A stretch of DNA of 64,000 nt, taken from the NCBI RefSeq assembly GCF_963921235.1, contig NC_086114.1, positions 33,356,001 through 33,420,000 on the forward strand. Direction: 5' to 3'. The DNA is from Mobula hypostoma (Eukaryota). The position numbers and the translations under genes are program-made. The number at the start of each line of letters is the position of its first letter. Position 1 is the stretch's first letter. The notes beneath the pieces are model-generated. The model was not told where the DNA came from, searched no databases, and worked only from the letters and a program-made list of their open reading frames with translations. Below, piece by piece: positions 52,111 to 61,544 of this stretch.

Positions 52111-53165
52111 GTACTCAGAGCTAAACACTAAGAAAGTGGAACTAAATATATAAAGATAAACTAAGATATAATCATTTTGCTTATACCAACTAAGCAGAAG
52201 CTACTTTTCATTATAAAAACTGCTTCATCACAAGATTATGTATGACATAACCGGAAAAATTACATGGGTGTGATGTTTACTGCCTGATACCAGATCACAC
52301 TGATAACACCCCTGTTATGAGATAGTTAGCAGAGAAAGGCTGCATTTAAAATAAAATACAAGAACTGAATGGTTTCTGTAATGAATAGGTACACTGAATA
52401 CTTCTATTAGGTATGAACTTTATATCAGTATATTTGACCATAAGTGTTTGGAAATGTTTTTCTAATAAATGTTCCTGCAGGAATACTGGATCAAATCCAA
52501 TCCCAGCAAACTCTTAGCAAACTTGGCTGATTTCTTTTCCAAAGTTTTTTTTCATCTTTCCTACTCTCTTTGTCAGTCAACATGGATGGGTCTCTTATTG
52601 CACAAGCTGAATTTTAATTTTTCCTTCAATACACAAGCTGCCAATCATTCTTTTTATTATTTTAGTTTGCTTTATTATATCCCTTAAAAAGGCAAATCCT
52701 GTCTGAGCAAAACAACAGCCTGAAACATATTAATTTAAAACTGAAGTTGGTGAATATCTTGAGTTCTCGGCCTTGGAGACTTGAGCAAGCTAGATAACTG
52801 GAGGTACTTAAGGAGGAGGTTGGTAAGTGTTTGGATGACCAAGAACAGGAGGGTTGTGAAAAACTGGCACAGAAGAAGAGTTGAGGCTTGGTGGTATCAG
52901 TGATGGTTGCATTGAATGCATTGAGTGGCTAATTCCTGTTCCTATTTACAGATCAAAGTATTCACTTTTGGTTCATTACCCAAGTAAAATGTCAACAAAA
53001 CATCCAATGACAAGGTAAACCTCAGCACTCTGACATTTTTGTTCTTTCAAATGGTCCAGAAATCTGATACAGTGAAATTAGAAAATGCTAGTCAGGGACG
53101 TGGAGGGGAACAGAGACACCACTCAGGACTAGCTGGGAATGTGAAGGGGCGTCCCTCAGATCCCT

Positions 53166-53186
53166 GTGTATGTATGTATGTATATA

Positions 53187-53240
<54 letters not shown>
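53166..53240. repeat. compound (TATG)n(TG)n(TA)n microsatellite
   Basis: Seen directly. Confidence 0.95.
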
Positions 53241-53244
<4 letters not shown>

Positions 53245-53309
53245 CATAAATTTTGTTTTGTTGGAGTAGGAAGAATATGCAGAATTCCCAAACCAAAGGA
53301 CAATAAAGT

Positions 53310-53695
53310 ACCCTACTGTTCCCCTCTGCCCACCCCACCTTCCTGTGCAGTTCCATGCTCCAGCTTCCCTTCCTATCAGATTCCATCATCTACAACCCTT
53401 TGTTGACTCACCTACCACCTCTCAGTGTCTGTCACCATATCCACTCTTCATCCCTCCATCTGGCCAACACCACTCCTCACCTGGAATCGCCTATCATTTG
53501 CCAGCTCTCACTCCACCTCTTTCCCCCCACACATTTATACTGGCTATCTCCCCCTCTATCATTCAGTCAAATATTTAAGGTTCTCCGTCCAAAGCAACAA
53601 TTGCTCATTTGCTGCCTCACATGCTGCCTGACCCTTCGAATTCTTCAGCATTCTGTTTGTCACTTCAGATTCCAGCCTCTGCAATCCCTTGTGTA
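53310..53695 (+). mobile_element. degraded Penelope terminal repeat
   Basis: tcctatcagattcc..atgctgcctgacc..cagattccagc. Confidence 0.65.
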
Positions 53696-53926
53696 GTTAT
53701 TCAGTCCAAACCACTATTATGTTCACGGAGTGTGTTGGCCATTGAATTGCTCCAAATGCCGGAGAAAAAAATGATTTATTTAGCACACGTACATTGAAAG
53801 ATACAGTAAAATGTGTTGCTTATGTTAACAACCAACACATCTAAGGATGTATGAGGCCAGCCTGCAAGTGTTGCTGCACATTTTGGCACCAACATAGCAT
53901 GCCCAGTTGGCTTGGCAGAGCAACGC

Positions 53927-54262
53927 TGTCACAATGTGCGCTAACAGATGACTGAACCCAGGTGCGGAGAAACAGCAAACTTCCACATTGAGCAAGAAGC
54001 GAGAGTGTACTCATCAAAAGTCCAACTGAACTTCAGTGGCTTGACTAAGCGACACCGCGAGACTAATCATTCTTGAAACACACACGCAAGGACACTGCAA
54101 TCAGTGCTACTTAGGAGCTCGCTTTAAATACTCACAGAATGCAGAAAACCCATACCAGTTACAATTAACTTGACAAGATTAAACAGAAAGCACAAGGGCT
54201 TAATGACTCTAGATGAGACAACAATTAACAAATGCTGGTGCAAGGCCAGCAGGGCTCATGCA
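53927..54262. mobile_element. probable short solo LTR nested in a SINE-like fragment
   Basis: TGTCACA start, ..CATGCA end, flanks acgc/acac; host repeat appears to resume afterwards. Confidence 0.45.
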
Positions 54263-54619
54263 ACACAGGACACAACAAGCAACAACAAAAATAACAGCAA
54301 AACATGCCCCTTTCCTCCCTCCTGCCCACCCACCTGCCCACAAGCATAGGTAGAATGGTATTTGTTCAAACTCTTTGCATTTGCTGTTTCATTCTCTACA
54401 ATATGGAAATAGTTCAGAAATAGAAACTAAACTCAATAAGATAAATAGAGTTCAATGAACATTTGCTGGGATTATAATTATTTTTTTCCCTTCTGGATGT
54501 GCAAAATGCATTTATGGACCATTCCTGGTATAAAGCAGCCTTCCCACTTGCAGCACATTTCATTACTGGTGACCTACGCTGCCTTAGTGGAACATTAACT
54601 CAGTGCAGGGTGCAGTACC

Positions 54620-54785
54620 GAAAGCAGAAAATTCTGGAAACACTCAGTACTCTGATTGAGCCTGATGAAGGGCCCTAGTGCCTGAAAAGTTAATTCTGTT
54701 TATGCTTCCACAGATACTGCCCGACAAGGTGATGTTCCCAGCACATTGTGTTTTTACTTCAGACTTAAAGCAGCTGCAGTTTTTT
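54620..54785. mobile_element. inverted pair of Penelope-type terminal repeat fragments
   Basis: Minus fragment ctggaaacactcag, then plus cctgatgaaggg..gaaa. Confidence 0.55.
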
Positions 54786-55191
54786 TTTATCAGTGGTATA
54801 GAAATCCACGTTGCTTCTGAGGATAAACCTGGCAGCAGAGGCACTAGAAATATTTGAAAGAGCAAGATCAGTGTTGAACCACCCGAGCATTAGATACAAA
54901 ATAGTGAATTGCTGTAATCGTTGCAGCTTATACATCATTATTTAGAGATGGCTTGCTTCGAGACTTTTTAGGTTTTGAGGCAACTGATGAGATCAATGTG
55001 GGACTTACAGATTTTATTACTGGGAAGGGAGGGGTGAACTGCAGGGTAGTTTGGGAGTTGGTCTGTTTCTTGCACCGTTTCAGAAGACCCTCCGCCCCAA
55101 TGCATGAACTCCATCACCTCAACCAGTCATGGGCCAAGTCGCGGAAAGTAAGACCTGTGCACGAAGTTTTGTCGATGTCTGTTCTTCCCTT

Positions 55192-55209
55192 CTCTCCACC
55201 TAGTGGCCA
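55192..55209 (-). promoter_or_regulatory. CTCF-like site
   Basis: Reverse complement TGGCCACTAGGTGGAGAG versus consensus CCASYAGRKGGCR. Confidence 0.55.
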
Positions 55210-55589
55210 TTTCCCGAGACACAGCCTGGAACATGTTGATCGCTTCAGCCGCCTGCTGCCAGGCAGGCAACAACGTGCTCCAGACGGGAAACACCGAGAA
55301 TGCCTCCAGTCGAAGTTGAAGTAGCAGTAGTTTCCAATCCTTTAACAAGAACTTTAGTGGAAAAAAAAATCAGCTACCTGAACCAGTTCTTTTTCAGCTG
55401 AATCTCGAAATGGGATCTAATCTCGCATTTTCTCGATTAACTGATCCAGTAACACGGTCTACTTTTTTAAACCAAATAAAATATAATTTTTACGTGATAT
55501 AACATCCAAAGTGACTTTATGGTAGAAGGCTTTAAGCGAAGTTGCATTTGTAAAAGCATCGTTCTTTACCTCATACCTCAAATCTCCAT

Positions 55590-55835
55590 TGTAACCGCGC
55601 AGCAGCCTAGCCGCGATACAGTTCTATCCACAATGTGGCTGCGGCTCCACCACAACATGGAGGGGGGAGGTCACGTGACTCTCCCTGCACACCAATGATC
55701 ACCAAAGCGGCGCGGGCGGCAACTCAGAGGCTAGCAGCGGAGAGACGGGTTGAACGGAACAAGTTTGATCCGTTTGCCACCCACAACAGTGACTATCTGA
55801 TCCGCCATGGCTGTATCTGTTGATCTCAGGTAGCA
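55590..55835 (+). promoter_or_regulatory. orphan CpG-rich promoter-like module
   Basis: GTCACGTGAC 55670-55679, CCAAT 55692-55696, GGGCGG 55714-55719, ccgccATGg at 55807. Confidence 0.45.
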
Positions 55836-56294
55836 CTTGCTAAGAAACTAGAAGGGGAAGAGCAAGTAGATGCATGGGAACACAGACACAACCAGGTTTC
55901 CTCCCTTATTCAGGCGATAATCTTGGTTCTTTTCAGGACCTCGAATCGATCATTTTCACCATGGACCAGTTTAGGAAAATGTCCAACCTCGACCTCCTTA
56001 AGGGCAATCGGGTGTTGGCTTTGAAGGCAAATGCTTCAGGCAAACTAAATCGGTCCACTTCAGATTAACATCACTTAACTGCTTGGTAGATTTAAATGTG
56101 CAATGCAACCCGTAGTTAACTTTAAATACCGACTTACTCTTGCCCGGGTATACCGGAGAACCGTTCTGTTTCTGGACACGGACGACCCGGCCACACCGAG
56201 AAGCTCACTCAGCAATACTTAGTGCGTTGCAGAAAGACCAATAAATATTAAAACCAAGCTCCTGTTGAAATTAAGGTGAAATTTCTTTGTGGGT

Positions 56295-56427
56295 GCAGGT
56301 TTGTACATGGAGCTTAGAAATATAGAGGGCTATGGGTAGCCCAGGTAATTTCTAAGGTAAGGACATGTTCGGCACAGCTTTGTGGGCCGAAGGGCCTGTA
56401 TTGTGCTGTAGGTTTTCTCTGTTTCTG
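56295..56427 (+). mobile_element. CR1 3' tail
   Basis: Reverse complement of the 26860-27000 tail (gtgggccgaagggcctgtattgtgctgta). Confidence 0.8.
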
Positions 56428-57029
56428 TGAAATTAGGAATGTGACAACAACCCCGGCTTCCTATTTAGTGCAGAAGTTGCCCATTAGTTTGGCTCAGATC
56501 AAAGAGCTGCATTCGCTAAGAGCCTCTGCAAGGAACAGCGCTTTAAAACTGTAAGATAACTGCAGGGAAGTAAAACAGCCTCGACATTGGTTATCCGTTT
56601 CCACTTTTTTCTTCCTGGGCCAAAACATTGTATTATAAAGTAAATAATGCAATTATTTTAATGGCATTGTATCTTGCGTTAATGTGGTGTTCTCTTTCTA
56701 CATTAATTTAAAATGTAGATGCTGGAAGCTGCTCGCTGCTGGATGATGCAATTGATTTACGAGTACCGCTCTTCGGTTCTGTGCAAGGATAGTGCGGAGT
56801 TCCACTTGATACCGCCGCTTGAAGCCAGGCGAAGTGCCTGCCAAAGCGACGGGTCCAAGTGCTCCCGGAGTAACCCATGGAGGCTGTGTGACGGGAATGT
56901 GCAGACACAGAGATGGCAGCTGATGAAAACTGGAGCAACACACAAAGCGCTGGAGCATCTGTCTAGGGGAATGGAGAGCCTTGACTTCAAACGTCGACTC
57001 TCTATTTGCCTAAACCGCTGACGTTTCCT

Positions 57030-57325
57030 ATAGTGGGGTTGTCTGAGACCAGAGGGTGCGTCCTCTTAGAGCCGAGTTTAGGATGAATTTCTTTAGCGAA
57101 AGGATGGTGAATCTATGGATTTCTTTACCATAAAGGGTTGTGGAGGCCAAAATAATTGGGTATATTAAAAGCGAAGATTGATAGGTTCTTGATTTGCTAG
57201 GGCGTCAAATGTTACGGAGAGAAGGCAGGAGAATGGCGTTGAGAGGGATGGAATGAAATAGCAGAGCATACTCGATGGGCCGAATAGCCTAATTCTGCTC
57301 CTATGCCCTATGATCGTATGGTGTT
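57030..57325 (+). mobile_element. CR1 3' fragment
   Basis: NFFSERMVNLW..FLIC*GVK; tail gatgggccgaatagcctaattctgctcct. Confidence 0.8.
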
Positions 57326-57714
57326 ATGCCTTTGCGAGTTACTTCAGGACTGTGCGTGGTAATCTTGTTAATTCCAGAGATTGCGAGGGAAATGCATCGA
57401 CCCTTCCTGATTAACTACCTAGAAAAATAGCGTGTATACAGGAACTGATATGTGGGCCCATTCTGCTTCTAGTCTTCTTGTGCATCTCTCGGGATGGAGG
57501 ATACCTTATTTTTACTTTAACGGTCCCCAGCGTGTCTGATGGGAACAATATGAGAACGCTGGGCTCTTCCACAGACAGCAGGAGATGGCCGTCGAAGAAG
57601 TGAATAGTTAGTAAAGGGGTTAATTCCTTCCGCAGTTTATACAGAGCACTTACTCCCGATGTAAAGACCCAGTGCTCTCCAGTGCTCCTGTTCTGTATTC
57701 ACCGGGGATTGTCA

Positions 57715-57852
57715 ACGCTCAAGAGATTCTGCAGCTGTTGGGAATCTAGAGTAACACACGCACATTGCTGGAGAAACTCGGCAAGTTAGGCAGCATCTAT
57801 AGAGAAGCATAAACAAATGACGTTTCGGGCCGAGACGCTTCATCGGGTCAGG
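57715..57852 (-). mobile_element. Penelope terminal repeat with near-intact hammerhead core
   Basis: Reverse complement CCGATGA AGCGTCTCGGCCC GAAA CG TC. Confidence 0.8.
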
Positions 57853-59414
57853 GGTTAGTGAGGGTGGCGCATCGCAGGAGCGAGGGTTTGAGTTTATCCT
57901 TATCTTTTCAGTGCCCGGTGTCAAGCAAACAACCTGGCCTACCCAACTGAGCGTAGCAAAAGTCTCAATGCTGGGGGCATTAGACTGGGAAAGGTCACTA
58001 ATGTCGCTTCACAGCTCAGTTCCAGTAAGTTATGTGGACATTTTGGAGACAGTATCTCCCCAGTGCCTTCAGATACCTGCTAGAGGTAGTCCAGGTCTTA
58101 GAAGCATATTGGAGGCCAGGAATTACTGTTGCCCGATAGATCACCGCAATGTTTAGCTTCGACATGTGACCTCTTCTACATCTACAGTAACCACGCCTCA
58201 CATCTTTTGCCATCCAGAGTTTGTCATTTCGAGTCAAATGCCTCAATATGTCTTCCGTGTTGGCTGCTTATTACTTACATGGAAGTATCCCTTGAGTAAA
58301 AACTTTCTTCCGAATTCCTTAATGGAATTATTAGAAACATTCTTGACTTCTCTACCTTACGGAGATCTTTCATCATTTTACCTCAGCCCTCTCCAGAGAT
58401 GAGTCGATTCAGATTTTCATGCCAATTATACTTTGCTTCGTGCCTCGGTCGTTCTTACTTTGTCACCAGAACTGAGCTCAGTCCGCCAAGTGTGGTCTAA
58501 CCAAAGTTTATAACATGACCTTCATGAAAACATTTCCACACAAACGATTATGCCCTGTTAAGTTTGGCCGAAGTGGAGCACAGCTGTTTATATTCATTTC
58601 CATGTTACGGAAGTTGTGTTGCTTTTCTTACGGAAACAAGTTTCTGGCTGCAGCCACAATTGGGAAGTTCGAACAAAGGGAATTATATTCAAGAAGGTTC
58701 CCGCGATCATCGTTTTTGCCATCCATTCTTAAATAATACTTAGATGTTCTCTAGAAATCGCCAATAATTTTTCCCGCAAATGCAAATTTAGCTCTAGCTC
58801 GATCTTATAGACTTTAGCTAACTTAAATTTAATTCGGTAACTGCTGAATTAAAACTGCTTCCAAATATTCTCCCTGACAGAAATTCACACGAGCTGGCGG
58901 TGCCGAAATAACTCAGGTGTGTGCGCGCTGGAGAAGGGGTTGAAACGTGACGAACGGGGAGCTAAAAGGTTCCTGGCTTTGACTGACAGACAAATCATTT
59001 TGGAGAAACTTGTAAAGCAACAAGAACTGAAGTAGCTGTAGCCCAGGTGAAATCGATTAATTAAAGAACCAAAAAAAAAAGGAAAATACCAGGCGAAGCT
59101 ATGTACAAATGACTAAAGTTTTTTTAGTAAGTAGTTTGTCAGGATCTAAAGCACAAAAGCGCTGCTATGGTTCTGTAACCAATTAAATTTGTAAATATGT
59201 TGTGGAATTTCTACATACGTAACCAATTCTATTCCTACATCTTATGGCCTTTAATGCACGCATAATATACAATCGTTGTATATTACATATGTTCAATTAC
59301 GACTTACATTTAACTTTCTACCGGAAAAGTAGTAAGGGGATTTCTGAAGTCTCCTTGTTCCTGGTTTGAATTGAAAACTAAAGGCCCAGATCAGCAACTC
59401 CAAAATAGCGGCGC

Positions 59415-59433
59415 CAGCGCCATCTCGTGGTGA
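59415..59433 (-). promoter_or_regulatory. CTCF-like site 2.1 kb upstream of RBP3
   Basis: Reverse complement TCACCACGAGATGGCGCTG; one mismatch to the core consensus. Confidence 0.6.
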
Positions 59434-60938
59434 TCCGGGAGGGATTCAGACCGGCCACAGTCAGATCACCGTTCTCAACGCAATCTCATGTCCAATAAAT
59501 ATATATTTATGTAACGACATATGTAACGGTGATACAATCTGAATTGATTAAATATACAAACGAAGACATGTTAACAACAGTTTTAATACAATGAGAAATG
59601 TCATGTCTTAAACCTAGTAAAGATACGGGTCGGTGTAAGATGTTTTCACTTTTGGAGTAGTTGGATTAACTAATCCGAAGAGGAATCAAATTAAAGTACT
59701 TCTACAGTGATTACCTAAGAATAATATAATATATTCATTAGACGTTCAATGAGCACGGAAAATATTGAAATTGAGATCTACTGTTGAAATCGAGTTTTTT
59801 ATTTGAAAGGTTAAAACATCGTACGTTCCGTAGTACGAGACCAGTTTGATAATCTCCCTGGTATCATGTCAGCAAATTATACTTCCAATTTAACTGACTG
59901 AGGCGGCGGATTCTTTCTAGAGTGCTGATGTGACATAAATTTATGTTTTTTAATATCCTACACTGTCGATTTAAGTTGGAAGATACATATGGATTATGTA
60001 GAGGTAACATATTGGCTTTAAGTCTATTAACTTCATTTTCCAAATGTCATCCCAAAGAAAGGAGAGAGAAAATAGGGTTTCCATAAAAGATCATCTGAAT
60101 CACCTATAATTCCCCTAGAGCATTTCCTTTACAGCTTGTGCTAACTTCGGATCATAGACACACATCAAAACAGCACGGGAGTTCAACCAAGATCGAGATG
60201 GTTTCCCATCTGCTCTGGAAGCTGAATACTTAGTAACGGGTACTGAGATTCGATCATCACTAGATCTAATGTTGATTGTGTTTTTTCTAAATAATTAAAA
60301 GGAATTTGAAGCTCATTGTTATCTAACAGCTATGCGGCATTTCAAATGCATTGTAGGTAGTAACACGCCATGAACAAAAGCATCTGGCCGTGTAACCGCC
60401 CACTCAGTCTTCGCCCGTTTTGGATTACGACTCAAACACGAGGAAATCTGCAGATGCTGGAAATTCAAGCTTGGATTACTCTCGCTCATTTCCTTCCAAA
60501 GCTCCGGGCGGATCTGATATTAGCAAAGAACTTACAGTGTATTCATTTATTTTTATTTCAATCCCACGCTATCTCTTTCCGTTCTGCTGCCCTTATTCAC
60601 ATGACTATTTTGAAATGATAAATACCATTAATGTTGATTTTGGTTACAATCATTCCATTAAAGCGAAAGTCTATTTTATTAAATCAGTTTTTTTCAAAAA
60701 TTTCTATCACATTGGCTTACCAATCTTTCTCCCACTTAGAATATCAAAATATTCGGATAAATGCCCGAAAGCTAAGGTGGGAACACATTCAGTTGCCAAA
60801 GTGCAACCCGTCGCCTTCGTCATCGCACTGACCCCAAATGCAGGAAGCTAAGGTGATAAGTAGCCTCAAAATAAGCGCCTCCATTGGCTGAGACCGCTGA
60901 TAAGACACGGCCATATGTTCCTCAGCGGTGTTAAAAAG

Positions 60939-61470
60939 TTAATCACATATTGCGTGGGGATTAGTGTCACAACAGATTCCATTTATGTGATGCAGTGGGA
61001 AACTTGGGTTTTAATGCTGTGCTTATAAAAGAAGATAGAAAACCGGAGGGGAGGAAGAAATCAATCTCTCCAAAAATAGAAAGTAGAATTGAAAGAAAAT
61101 TATCGGGATAGTAGAGCATTTGATAGGCTATTTATTGATCACTAATTAGCAGCCAGATGTATTCTGATTTTTTTCTTTCCTATTCGTAAAGAAATTCTCC
61201 ATGCAATATTAACTACAACCTTTGCTTAGCCGGCAATAAGCAAACTTCACTTTTGGCTATTCTGCCAGATCTACCATTCTGTGCAAATTTGAGATTCATA
61301 GCTGGAATTGGAACCACCTAACGCTGGGAAACTAAGTTTATTTATGCACGGCGCTTTTTTAATGTTATTTATAGGCAACGGTTCGGGAGTCTGCACTCTA
61401 ATGAGATTATACGCTCAACAGAAATGAGTACTTTAATCTCTCTCATCCGGAGCACAGAGGTTTAAGAGAC
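60939..61470 (+). promoter_or_regulatory. RBP3 photoreceptor promoter motifs (CRX/OTX-type and Ret-1-like homeodomain sites)
   Basis: GGGATTAG 60957-60964, CTAATTAG 61142-61149, TAATGAGATTA 61399-61409, TAATCT 61434-61439, TATA-like tttaa near 61461. Confidence 0.6.
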
Positions 61471-61544
61471 AGCTTTCATTTCAGTCCGAATTGAAGGGTG
61501 TTGCTCCAGGTCGGTTTCCCCGATGCACTGGAGCTTTGTGAAAA

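Noticed and set aside
54953-57021. Protein-coding gene made from the short ORFs near the orphan promoter
   Set aside because: No recognisable domain or consistent splice chain; one ORF runs into Penelope debris
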